A program made the position numbers and the translations under genes. Below are positions 32,030-40,933 of a stretch of 64,000 nucleotides of DNA, one piece after another. The stretch's first letter is position 1; every line of letters begins with the position of its first letter. The notes under the pieces are model-generated. The model searched no databases. It was not told the DNA's origin and was given only the letters and a program-made list of their open reading frames with translations. This stretch comes from an uncultured Pelagibacteraceae bacterium (GTDB taxonomy: Bacteria; Pseudomonadota; Alphaproteobacteria; Pelagibacterales; Pelagibacteraceae): NCBI GenBank assembly GCA_902596515.1, contig CACJUF010000002.1, positions 20,100 to 84,099 of the forward strand. The letters are read 5' to 3'.

Positions 32030-32767
32030 ATGTCTAAAAAAAAAATTAAACAAAAAAAAATAAAAAAAAAAATTGGGGTTGTAAAGATTGCTAATTTTTC
32101 TACTAAATCCTTTTTAAGTACTGCAATTTCTAATTACAAAAAAAACAAGGAACTTAATAAAATCAAAGCTATAAAATTAGAAAAACTACAAGAAAAAAAT
32201 CAAATCCTTAAAGAGAGAAAAGATCTTAAAATTTGGGAAGAAAGACTCATTAAAGAAAGCAATAAATTAAAATTTAATGAAGATGAATTAAGATTAAAAG
32301 AAAAAGAAATTAAGATTAAAGAGGACGCACAAAAGTTAGAGTCAACTCGATTAATGAAAAAAGATGAAGAGTTAGTACTTATAAGTAAAGAACTAAGAGC
32401 TAAAGAGAAAGAACTAAAATTAAGAGAAGAGTCTCAAAATAGAAAAGATATTGATTTAAAGGTTCGAGAAGAAGAGCAAAAAAACTTTGAACTTAAAGAA
32501 AAAAGAAGAAAAGAAAGAGCCTTAAAAATGATTAAAGAAGAAGAAGAAAAACAGAAAGAACTTGAATTTATTAAAATAAAAGAATGGGAAGAAAAATTTG
32601 ATAGAGAACAAAAAGCAAAAGAACATAGAGAAAATTTAAGAGAAGAGAGATTAAGACAAAGAGAATTAGAAAAAATTAAATCATTCGAAAAAACTGAAAA
32701 TCCTGTTGACAAAAATCTTTCCTCAGGATTAGAAAAATTTGAAGTAGATATTACGAAAGAAAATTAA
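32030..32767 (+). CDS. Lys/Glu/Arg-rich coiled-coil hypothetical protein
   Basis: 245-aa ORF dominated by K/E/R with heptad spacing of Leu/Ile. Confidence 0.7.
   Translation: MSKKKIKQKKIKKKIGVVKIANFSTKSFLSTAISNYKKNKELNKIKAIKLEKLQEKNQILKERKDLKIWEERLIKESNKLKFNEDELRLKEKEIKIKEDAQKLESTRLMKKDEELVLISKELRAKEKELKLREESQNRKDIDLKVREEEQKNFELKEKRRKERALKMIKEEEEKQKELEFIKIKEWEEKFDREQKAKEHRENLREERLRQRELEKIKSFEKTENPVDKNLSSGLEKFEVDITKEN
32285..32473 (+). repeat. Degenerate 21-nt (heptad) tandem repeat inside the coiled-coil ORF
   Basis: Units in a 21-nt register at 32285 (gaattaagattaaaagaaaaa), 32306, 32369, 32390 (gaactaagagctaaagagaaa), 32411 and 32453. Confidence 0.6.
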
Positions 32768-33885
32768 TTTTTCTGAATAGGGAAATAATCTTTTAAATCA
32801 CCTTCCCTATAAACATCAGCTGTACAACAATGAATACCGCCGCCAAAGGCATATGCATCTCTTAATTCGACAGGGACAACTTCCATTCCTAATTTATCTA
32901 ATTGTTCAGCTTGGTAAATTTCACTTTTTTCGACGCAAACTGTTTTTGGATCAAGAACTAAAACATTCATAGATAACCATACTGATGAGTAACAAAGTGG
33001 TGGTGGTTCATTATGTGCTGGCTGAGCGCTATCAATTATTTTCCATCCATTGTCCTCAAATAATTTTCTTTGTTCTTTTGGTAGTCTTCTTTGAGGATTA
33101 TTTATAATTAAACCTTCTTTAATGGGTGTAAAAGTTGCATCAATATGAATTGGATATGGATCACCTGGAAAATTAACAGCATGAACTCTATGATCTTTAA
33201 AATGTCTTCTTAACCAATCAATTCCTTTTAAATTTGTTGTAAAACCATGTTGTACAATTAAGTCCTTCCCGAACCTCAAAACATCTGCAGCATCAAATAA
33301 AGGTTCCTCTTCTGTTGTTACAAAGAATTTTTCTTCAGTCCATTTAAGTCTTTTTTGAATACCGATCTTGTCTGACAAATAATCTTCACGGTAATCTGCG
33401 TCTGTTAATCTTGGTTTTGGTGCAGTTTCATGACGCATATTCTTGTCTATTTCAAAATATTTTTTAATCAGCGGTCTATAATTTAGATATTCAAACCATC
33501 TACATCTATAGCTCATTGTTGCTTCGAGCATTTCATTTCCAACTGTAAGTATAATATCTCTAGCTGGCATACATCCGAACATACTATCAACCTTCCAATC
33601 GGGAGTAGAAATTTTTTGATTATGATTAAGTGGAACTGGTCGGTCAACTTTAATGCCTCTTTTTTTCAAGATTGAAGCAAAATTATTTAATAGCTCATTT
33701 GCTTTATCGACTGTATCTTTAGTACGAGGTCCATGGGAACCTTTCATATCTGAATCTTCGGGTACTTTAGCATCTAAAGCAGGTTCTGGTGCAGGTATAC
33801 AACAACCGTCTGCTTTCCCAACTATAACATGTTTAAGTGGATCCCATTCGTTCCAACTATTTACAATAACTTTGTCCTTACTCAT
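32764..33885 (-). CDS. Amidinotransferase, glycine amidinotransferase (AGAT)-like
   Basis: VNSWNEWDPL..VIVG, RD....VG.E..EA.M, FDAAD (Asp), IHIDATF (His), GGGIHCCT (Cys). Confidence 0.92.
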   Translation of the reverse strand: MSKDKVIVNSWNEWDPLKHVIVGKADGCCIPAPEPALDAKVPEDSDMKGSHGPRTKDTVDKANELLNNFASILKKRGIKVDRPVPLNHNQKISTPDWKVDSMFGCMPARDIILTVGNEMLEATMSYRCRWFEYLNYRPLIKKYFEIDKNMRHETAPKPRLTDADYREDYLSDKIGIQKRLKWTEEKFFVTTEEEPLFDAADVLRFGKDLIVQHGFTTNLKGIDWLRRHFKDHRVHAVNFPGDPYPIHIDATFTPIKEGLIINNPQRRLPKEQRKLFEDNGWKIIDSAQPAHNEPPPLCYSSVWLSMNVLVLDPKTVCVEKSEIYQAEQLDKLGMEVVPVELRDAYAFGGGIHCCTADVYREGDLKDYFPIQKN

Positions 33886-33894
33886 GTTTCAAGA

Positions 33895-34800
33895 TTAATT
33901 TAAAGCTATAAATCTTTTATTCCATCGCATTAACAAACTGTAATAAATTAATGAAATAAATAGAAAAAAACCTCCGACTATAGTGTAAGTATCAGGCACC
34001 TCATTTATGCCTAAGATAGGTAACCAAACCCAAAAAATTCCACCTATAACTTCAGTTAATGATAATAATGTTAATTCTGCAGCAGGAATAGCTTTCGAAC
34101 CAATAGAATATAAAATTAGCCCTAAACAAACTAATGATCCATGCAAGGAAAATAATGCTCCATTATAGCTTGTTGAAAAGAACACTTGTTTAGTGCTCAA
34201 AAGCATTATAGCTGCAAAAACAAAACAAAAAAAACCTGAAAAAGCAACAGTTGTAAACTTTGGAGTTTGTGTTCTCCACCTAAGAGTTACAGAAAAAATA
34301 GAAAATCCAATTGATGAAAGCATTCCAAAAATAAAACCAACAATAGAATTTGATCCAGTACTTCCAAACGCCATAATTATAATTCCGATCGTTGCAATAG
34401 AAATAGATATCCAAACATTTAATGAAATTTTCTCTTTAAGAAATAAAAAAGCAAGAAGTGCAGTAAAAAAAGGCATTGCTGCCAAACAAAGCAAAGTGAT
34501 TGCAGCTGATGTATTGGTAATTGAGTAGATAAAACTTATCATCGCAATTCCTAATCCGGTTCCACCAATAATGCCTGAGTATCCCATTTTTAAATAATTT
34601 TTATAAAATTTAATCCCCTCTTCAAAATAAAGATAAAGATTTAAAAGAATAAAAATTGTTAATCCTCTGCCAAAAATATACTGCCATGGCACCTGATTAG
34701 GATTATCCATATATCTCACAACAAGAGGGCCAAAAGACCATAAAATTCCTGCGAACAAAACTACTGGAACTGCGATTTTTGGATTTTTTAATTCAAGCAT
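33895..34800 (-). CDS. DMT/EamA-family transporter
   Basis: Ten TM; IPAAELTLLSLTEVIGGIFWVW; 9 nt upstream of the amidinotransferase. Confidence 0.88.
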   Translation of the reverse strand: MLELKNPKIAVPVVLFAGILWSFGPLVVRYMDNPNQVPWQYIFGRGLTIFILLNLYLYFEEGIKFYKNYLKMGYSGIIGGTGLGIAMISFIYSITNTSAAITLLCLAAMPFFTALLAFLFLKEKISLNVWISISIATIGIIIMAFGSTGSNSIVGFIFGMLSSIGFSIFSVTLRWRTQTPKFTTVAFSGFFCFVFAAIMLLSTKQVFFSTSYNGALFSLHGSLVCLGLILYSIGSKAIPAAELTLLSLTEVIGGIFWVWLPILGINEVPDTYTIVGGFFLFISLIYYSLLMRWNKRFIALN

Positions 34801-34835
34801 TCGGGAAGAATAAATCTAAAAATTTATAACTACAA
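34798..34835 (-). promoter_or_regulatory. Candidate sigma70 promoter, leaderless DMT-amidinotransferase mRNA
   Basis: Minus strand TTGTAG (34835-34830), 17 nt, TATTCT (34812-34807), 6 nt, ATG (34800). Confidence 0.45.
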
Positions 34836-34943
34836 CAAAAATGAGATAGCTTTAATCTTAAATTTAACTTTTCCATTTAAAGTTGTGTTCAGACTATTTC
34901 TATTCTTGATTGGTTTTTATTTGTCATGTAATTAAAAATTAAT

Positions 34944-35342
34944 ATGGATTTAGAAGTTCTTCGCATTGCTGCAAACACAGATAACAATCGAAATATTGAG
35001 AACCGGACACATGTCTCAAAGTTAAAAAATCCAGTTTGCGGGGATGAAATGCAAATAGAGCTTATTTTAAAAAATGAAAAAATTTTAGACTTTGGGTATC
35101 AAGGTAAATCTTGTGTATACTGCCAGGCATCAGCCAGTTTATTATCGAAAATTTCTATAAATAATCAAAAAGAAAAAATTAACGATTTATGTGATAAAGC
35201 CGAATTATATTTTAATGATGATGTAAAAATTATAGATAAAAAATGGAATTCTTTGAAAAAATTGATTAAGAAAAAAAATATCAATAAAAAAGATTGTATA
35301 TTGTTACCTTTCAAAACTTTAAAAAAAATAGTATCAAGTTAA
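34944..35342 (+). CDS. IscU/SufU (NifU N-terminal) family protein
   Basis: NPVCGD, SCVYCQASAS, KKDCILLPF. Confidence 0.85.
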   Translation: MDLEVLRIAANTDNNRNIENRTHVSKLKNPVCGDEMQIELILKNEKILDFGYQGKSCVYCQASASLLSKISINNQKEKINDLCDKAELYFNDDVKIIDKKWNSLKKLIKKKNINKKDCILLPFKTLKKIVSS

Positions 35343-35345
35343 ATT

Positions 35346-35810
35346 ATGGGTAATCTTAAACAATCTCTTTTAGCTGGTTTATTTTCAATAATTACAATTG
35401 GAATTTTAACTTTCCTAACTTATAGAACAGAATTTGGGATCTTTCTGTTAGCCTCATTTGGATCATCTATGGTTTTACTTTATGGATATCCTGAAAGTCC
35501 ATTTGCCCAACCAAAAAATGTTTTTTTCGGTCATTTAGTTACCGCCATCGTAGGTTTACTTTTTTTAAACTTTGTTCCATTACCAATATTTTTAACCATA
35601 CCATTAGCAGTAGGATTTGGGGTTGGATTAATGATTTTTTTAAATGTTACACACCCACCTGCGGGAGGTAATCCAATAATAGTTATTATTGGTAGTGTCT
35701 CTTTTGATTACTTGCTTAGTCCTGTAATATCAGGATCAGTTATAATTATTATTTTTGCAATAATTGTTAACAAATTTATTTTGAGAAAATCTTATCCAAG
35801 CCAAAAATAA
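35346..35810 (+). CDS. HPP-family membrane protein
   Basis: ASFGSS.VLL.G.PESPFAQP.N, THPPAGGNP. Confidence 0.92.
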   Translation: MGNLKQSLLAGLFSIITIGILTFLTYRTEFGIFLLASFGSSMVLLYGYPESPFAQPKNVFFGHLVTAIVGLLFLNFVPLPIFLTIPLAVGFGVGLMIFLNVTHPPAGGNPIIVIIGSVSFDYLLSPVISGSVIIIIFAIIVNKFILRKSYPSQK

Positions 35811-35814
35811 TTTT

Positions 35815-35898
35815 TTATGAAATTATAAAATTATTTTCAATAAGTAGACCTATTAATATTCCTATTGCTAATGCTATAATTAATTTCTTCTTATTCAC
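35815..35898 (-). CDS. Small membrane peptide ORF MNKKKLIIALAIGILIGLLIENNFIIS (27 aa), not in the ORF track
   Basis: GTG start overlaps the permease TGA stop (GTGA, 35898-35895); basic N-terminus plus hydrophobic helix with GxxxG; TAA at 35817-35815. Confidence 0.45.
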   Translation of the reverse strand: MNKKKLIIALAIGILIGLLIENNFIIS

Positions 35899-36962
35899 TT
35901 TTTTAGTACTGTAGATTTTACACCTTTGATGCCAGATGAAGACAATTTTAATTTCATACTTTGCTTAAGATTTTCCCAAAGTTTAGCCATTCCTAAAGGT
36001 TCATAAATCATAAATATTATCATTAAAAGACCAAATATTACCTGTTCGATTGATGAAATAATTGTAGCATCAATAGCTCCATGAAATACATTGTTTCCTA
36101 TAGCATTTAAAAGAACTGGAAAAAGTAAAATAAATGCTGCCCCAATAAAAGCACCATTAATAGTCCCAAGTCCGCCAAGAATGCACATGAATAAGATTTT
36201 AAAAGATAACTTAATATCAAAAGCAACTGGCTCTAAAGATTTTAGATAACAAAATGCAAAAAGAGCACCAGCTACACCACAATAAAATGCACTAATAGCA
36301 AATGCTTGAACTTTAGTTCTTAATAATGAAACTCCCATGGACTCAGCAGCAATATCCATATCTCTAACTGCCATCCAATTTCTGCCTGTACTTCCTCTTG
36401 CCATATTCATAGCCAATAAAGTTAAAATCGTGGTTACAGCTAAACATACAAAATACATAGCTAATGGTGTTGTAAATGGTTTTCCAAAGATTATTATGTC
36501 TTGTGCAGTTATAATTCCTGAAGAATCATAGTTTTTAAACCATCCAAATTTATCTATCATCCATATAATAAAAAACTGTGAGGCTAATGTTGCTACCATA
36601 AGATAAATTCCCCTTACTTTTAAACTTGGTAGACCAAATAAAATTCCAAAAGCTGCAGCAATTAAACCTGAAACTATGAGTGATCCAACAAAACCAAGAT
36701 CAGGCACTCGTAAAATAAGATTAAACATTGCAAAAGCACCTGCAGCCATAAACCCGGCAGCACCCAAAGCTAATTGTCCCGTATACCCCATTACAATTTG
36801 TTGTCCAATAGTAGCTAATGCCAGGCAAAGCCAAGGAATTAATATAGAGGTATACCAATATTCTGTTTTAATAAATGTCGGTATTATTAATACACTTAAA
36901 ACCATACAAACAGCTAAGTTGATCAGGTCTTTTTTTGTGTAAGTCATAAAAACTGGTTTCAT
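35895..36962 (-). CDS. livM: HAAT-family ABC permease (LivM-like)
   Basis: GYTGQLALG..GFM, GLPSLKVRG.YL..ATLA, GRNW.AVRD...AA..MG, GGLG.I.G...GA. Confidence 0.9.
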   Translation of the reverse strand: MKPVFMTYTKKDLINLAVCMVLSVLIIPTFIKTEYWYTSILIPWLCLALATIGQQIVMGYTGQLALGAAGFMAAGAFAMFNLILRVPDLGFVGSLIVSGLIAAAFGILFGLPSLKVRGIYLMVATLASQFFIIWMIDKFGWFKNYDSSGIITAQDIIIFGKPFTTPLAMYFVCLAVTTILTLLAMNMARGSTGRNWMAVRDMDIAAESMGVSLLRTKVQAFAISAFYCGVAGALFAFCYLKSLEPVAFDIKLSFKILFMCILGGLGTINGAFIGAAFILLFPVLLNAIGNNVFHGAIDATIISSIEQVIFGLLMIIFMIYEPLGMAKLWENLKQSMKLKLSSSGIKGVKSTVLKK

Positions 36963-36965
36963 AAA

Positions 36966-37874
36966 TTAAACTCTCCTAATTATTTTTTCTCCAAATAAAC
37001 CTTCCGGTCTATATAATAAAAAGAATATTGCTAATACATATGGAGCCCATCCTTCAATAGCTCCTCCAAAAAACGGTCCGATATAAACCTCTAATATTTT
37101 TTCTACTGCACCAATAATTAAACCTCCAATAATTGCGCCTGGAATTGATGAAAAACCACCTATAATTAAAACTGGCAAAGCTTTTAAAGCGAGATCAACA
37201 AGAGCAAATTGAACACCAGCTCTTGCTCCCCACATCATTCCCGCTACTAAAGCTACAACACCAGCGGCAGACCAAACTAATAACATTATATGTTTTAAAG
37301 GAATTCCTATAGAACTTGCTGCACCCGCATCATCTGCAACAGCTCTCAAACCTAATCCAATTTTTGTATATTTGAATAATAAAAATAGACCGATAATCAT
37401 TATAGCAGCAACTAATCCAGCTGTGATATCAAGTGCACTAATAAATAATTTTAAATTATCTGCGATCCATGGCACTGGAAAATCTCCTATACCTAAGTCT
37501 AATCTTCTTACTTCTACTCCCCATGCTGCTTGAGCAAGTCCCTCTAAAACATATCCTAAGCCAATTGTGGCCATCAACACTGTATCTTCACTAGCATTCA
37601 TCAAAGGTCTTAAAACCAATCTTTCAGTGCAAAGACCAACAACAACCATCAAGAAAGCAGCTAGAATAAACGCGAGTACAAAAGGTATATTAAAATCTTG
37701 CATGAAACCACAGAAAGCAAGTACTGAGAAAAAAACCATCGCTCCTTGTGAAAAGTTAAATGTTGCTGAAGCTTTAAAAATAAGAACAAATCCTAAAGCA
37801 ACTAAAGAGTACATTGTTCCGGCAAGTAAACCGCCAACGAGAACTTCCATAAAAAATAATAACTCATTCACCAT
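36966..37874 (-). CDS. livH: HAAT-family ABC permease (LivH-like)
   Basis: YSLVALGFVLIFKAS..FNFSQG, GLGLRAVADD..AA, RPEGLFG. Confidence 0.92.
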   Translation of the reverse strand: MVNELLFFMEVLVGGLLAGTMYSLVALGFVLIFKASATFNFSQGAMVFFSVLAFCGFMQDFNIPFVLAFILAAFLMVVVGLCTERLVLRPLMNASEDTVLMATIGLGYVLEGLAQAAWGVEVRRLDLGIGDFPVPWIADNLKLFISALDITAGLVAAIMIIGLFLLFKYTKIGLGLRAVADDAGAASSIGIPLKHIMLLVWSAAGVVALVAGMMWGARAGVQFALVDLALKALPVLIIGGFSSIPGAIIGGLIIGAVEKILEVYIGPFFGGAIEGWAPYVLAIFFLLYRPEGLFGEKIIRRV

Positions 37875-37883
37875 ATTATAATC

Positions 37884-38678
37884 CTAGTGTTCCACTCCTA
37901 AGTAAGCATCTATTACTTTTTGGTTTGCCATTATTTCATCTGGTGTTCCATCACCAATAACTTTACCGTAATCAAGTACAACAACTCTATCAGATATATC
38001 CATCACCACCCCCATATCATGTTCAATTAAAACCATTGTTGTCCCAAGTTCATCATTAACCTTTAAAATAAATCTACACATATCTCTTTTTTCCTCGACA
38101 TTCATTCCAGCCATTGGCTCATCTAATAGAATTATTGAGGAGTCAGTCGCAAGAGCTCGACCTAACTCAACTTTTTTTTGTAATCCATAAGGTAGTTTTC
38201 CTACAGGAGTGTCTTTAATGTCTTCTATCTCTAAAAAACTTATTATCTCTTCTGATCGCTCTCTATTTAATTTTTCCTCTTTTTTTACTTTTGGAAGTTG
38301 TAAAGCTACCTCAAGGAAATTTGTTTTTGTATGAAGTTTTCTACCTACTAGAATATTATCCAGTACTGACATTCTTTTAAAAAGAGCTAAGTTTTGAAAT
38401 GTTCTAGATAGACCCATTTGAGCCATGATATTCGGGGTTATATTAGGTACTACTTGTCCTCTAAAAGATACAGTTCCTTGTTGAGGTTTATAAATTCCAT
38501 TAATACAATTTAACATTGAGCTTTTTCCAGCTCCGTTAGGTCCAATTATTGCCCTAACCTCGTGCTCAAGAACATTAAATGATGTATCAGTGATAGCCTT
38601 AACACCTCCAAAGGCGAGTGAAATATTATTAACCTCTAAAATTGGCTTTCCTATTTTAAACTTTCTTTCGTATGCCAT
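37884..38678 (-). CDS. livG: HAAT-family ABC ATPase (LivG-like)
   Basis: GPNGAGKSS, RTFQN..LF, LLDEP.AGMN, LIEHDM..VM, AYLG. Confidence 0.93.
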   Translation of the reverse strand: MAYERKFKIGKPILEVNNISLAFGGVKAITDTSFNVLEHEVRAIIGPNGAGKSSMLNCINGIYKPQQGTVSFRGQVVPNITPNIMAQMGLSRTFQNLALFKRMSVLDNILVGRKLHTKTNFLEVALQLPKVKKEEKLNRERSEEIISFLEIEDIKDTPVGKLPYGLQKKVELGRALATDSSIILLDEPMAGMNVEEKRDMCRFILKVNDELGTTMVLIEHDMGVVMDISDRVVVLDYGKVIGDGTPDEIMANQKVIDAYLGVEH

Positions 38679-38680
38679 CT

Positions 38681-39496
38681 TTAATTAATTTTTTTGTTTA
38701 AACTTTCCTCTTTAAGAACATCTCTAAAGTTTTTTCTACCCTTTTTTGATATGCCTAAGTATAATTCTTTTACTTTATCATTGTTTAATAAACTTTCCGC
38801 AGTCCCCTCGAGCATCACTTTTCCAGTTTCAATGATGTAACCATAATCAGAATTTTTTAATGCAATATTAGTATTCTGTTCAGCAAGCAAAATACTAACT
38901 CCTTCTTTTTGATTTAACTCTTTTACAATATTAAAAATCTCAGCAACTAATTGAGGCGCTAGACCCATTGTTGGCTCGTCTAGTAATAACATCTTAGGTT
39001 TTGCCATCATTGCTCTTGCAACTGCAATCATTTGTTGTTCACCACCTGATGTGAATGCTGCTTGACTTTTCCTTCTCTCTTTTAGTCTTAAAAAATAAGT
39101 ATAAATTTTCTCTAATTCTTGATCAATATCTCCTTTAGATAATTTTCTAGAATAAGCTCCAGAAATAATATTTTCCTCAACAGTTAAATGACCAAAACAT
39201 CTTCTACCCTCTAATACTTGGACCATTCCAAGTCCAACCATTTGAGATGGGTTTTGTTTTTCTATTAAATTTCCATCATAGTCGATTGATCCTTTTGTAA
39301 CTTTACCTCTTTCAGAGGCTAACATAGTTGAAACAGCTTTTAATGTCGTACTTTTACCTGCTCCATTTGCTCCTAATAACGCAACTACTTTTCCTTTGGG
39401 AACTTTTAAAGAAACATCATGTAAAGCTAAAATAACGTTATCATACATTACCTCAATATTTTTTATATCAAGAATGTTTGCAGAATTACCACTCAT
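38681..39496 (-). CDS. livF: HAAT-family ABC ATPase (LivF-like)
   Basis: GANGAGKSTT, SGGEQQM, LLDEPTMGLAP, AEQN, LYLG. Confidence 0.93.
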   Translation of the reverse strand: MSGNSANILDIKNIEVMYDNVILALHDVSLKVPKGKVVALLGANGAGKSTTLKAVSTMLASERGKVTKGSIDYDGNLIEKQNPSQMVGLGMVQVLEGRRCFGHLTVEENIISGAYSRKLSKGDIDQELEKIYTYFLRLKERRKSQAAFTSGGEQQMIAVARAMMAKPKMLLLDEPTMGLAPQLVAEIFNIVKELNQKEGVSILLAEQNTNIALKNSDYGYIIETGKVMLEGTAESLLNNDKVKELYLGISKKGRKNFRDVLKEESLNKKIN

Positions 39497-39524
39497 TATT
39501 TTTTTTCTTTAAATTTTGTTTAAA

Positions 39525-39563
39525 TGGGAAGCTTGAAACAGTTGAAATTGTTTAAGCTTCCCA
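39525..39563 (-). terminator. Intercistronic stem-loop between the binding-protein gene and livF (terminator or mRNA stabiliser)
   Basis: TGGGAAGCTTgAAACA...TGTTTAAGCTTCCCA, a 15-bp stem with a one-base bulge. Confidence 0.7.
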
Positions 39564-39592
39564 CTCATGTGAATATTAATTTATTAAATTAA

Positions 39593-40933
39593 TTATCCAC
39601 ATTTTTTTGGTGTAATGTTGTTTTCTTTAGCAAATTTTGCTGCAGAGTCTTCAACTAAACCTCTAATAAATTTAGGGTCTAATGGAGCTTCCCAACCAGT
39701 TACCTGATTGAATTTTTTTCCATCCCACTGCATTACAGCAAATTTACCGGCACCTTCATGGTTTGCACATGAAATAGCAAATGGAGCTAACATTCCTCCA
39801 ACTCCAAGTTCAGTAAGTCTAGCTTCAGTCATGTTCAAAGCTTCATAACCATCTCTAAACTCAGCACCAGTCACTGCTTTACCAACTTTGTTGTGCATCT
39901 TTTGAGCATTTTTCAAAGCCTCAATCCACATAACTGCAGCACCTAGTCCTCTATTCCAGTAAACTGAACCAATTCTATTTGGATCAGCTAAGTTACCTTT
40001 TCCAGAACCATATACTTTGTCTTTGATGTCTTTAACTAATGGATATTCACCTGGTAAAGCATTAGCAACTGCGTAAGTTCCTATTGCAGCATCACCTGCT
40101 GGATACATATCCTCTTCGGCAGCACCAAATGTTACGTACATCATTCTATCTCTTGGAAAATTAATTCTAGCAGCATTAGTCATTGCTGTTGAATTCATTC
40201 CAGAACCTGCTCCCCAGAAAGTAACCCAATCAGGATTTTCTCTTCTGATTTGCAGCCATTGAGATTGTTGTTCTAGACCTGGAGGTGGAATTGAAATTTC
40301 AACTAATTTCATTCCCCAGTCAGAAGTTATTTTTCTCATTGCTGGTAATGGCTCTCTACCGTAAGCAGAGTCAATGTGTAAATGAACGATTTTTTTACCT
40401 TTCATCTTATCAATTCCGCCTTCGATCTCAGCCATAAATTTTAATTTAACAGCTATTTGTGACCAGTAGTGACTTGCAGCATTAAATACCCAAGGCCATA
40501 CTCTTCCATCAGCACCGTCAGTTCTTCCATAACCATATTGAGCTAAAACAACATTGTCTTTTGCCATACGGTTAATAACTGCATATGCTCCTGGTGTTCC
40601 CAAAGTATCAAACACAACTATTCTTTGACCATCTTTTTCAAGTAGTCTTTGGTAACACTCAACTGTTTTCACAGCGTTGTACTCAGTTTCACATTCTTGC
40701 CATGTAAGCATGACTCCGTTCACTCCGCCTGTCATATTGACATAATTCATGTAGTCAATCTGTGCCCCGTAGTAACCAGTCCCCATTGCTGAATAAGGTC
40801 CAACACGGCTACTAGCTACAGGAAAGTATTGAGTTTCAGCTCCAAATACTTTTTGAGGTAAAGCGAGTGAAGAAAATAAAGCTACTACTACTGTTAAAGT
40901 AGATGCTAGCTTTTTTAGCATTTTTGTTGACAT
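39593..40933 (-). CDS. ABC substrate-binding protein (HAAT/type 1 periplasmic fold)
   Basis: Signal peptide; ECETEY....VECY, GYGR..GADG..WPW.F, SAYGREP, QW.QIRR..PD; strong SD GAGGG. Confidence 0.9.
   Translation of the reverse strand: MSTKMLKKLASTLTVVVALFSSLALPQKVFGAETQYFPVASSRVGPYSAMGTGYYGAQIDYMNYVNMTGGVNGVMLTWQECETEYNAVKTVECYQRLLEKDGQRIVVFDTLGTPGAYAVINRMAKDNVVLAQYGYGRTDGADGRVWPWVFNAASHYWSQIAVKLKFMAEIEGGIDKMKGKKIVHLHIDSAYGREPLPAMRKITSDWGMKLVEISIPPPGLEQQSQWLQIRRENPDWVTFWGAGSGMNSTAMTNAARINFPRDRMMYVTFGAAEEDMYPAGDAAIGTYAVANALPGEYPLVKDIKDKVYGSGKGNLADPNRIGSVYWNRGLGAAVMWIEALKNAQKMHNKVGKAVTGAEFRDGYEALNMTEARLTELGVGGMLAPFAISCANHEGAGKFAVMQWDGKKFNQVTGWEAPLDPKFIRGLVEDSAAKFAKENNITPKKCG

Noticed and set aside
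39593-39601. Perfect DnaA box TTATCCACA
   Set aside because: It is the reverse complement of the SBP's last codons (TGT GGA TAA), single, with no origin context.
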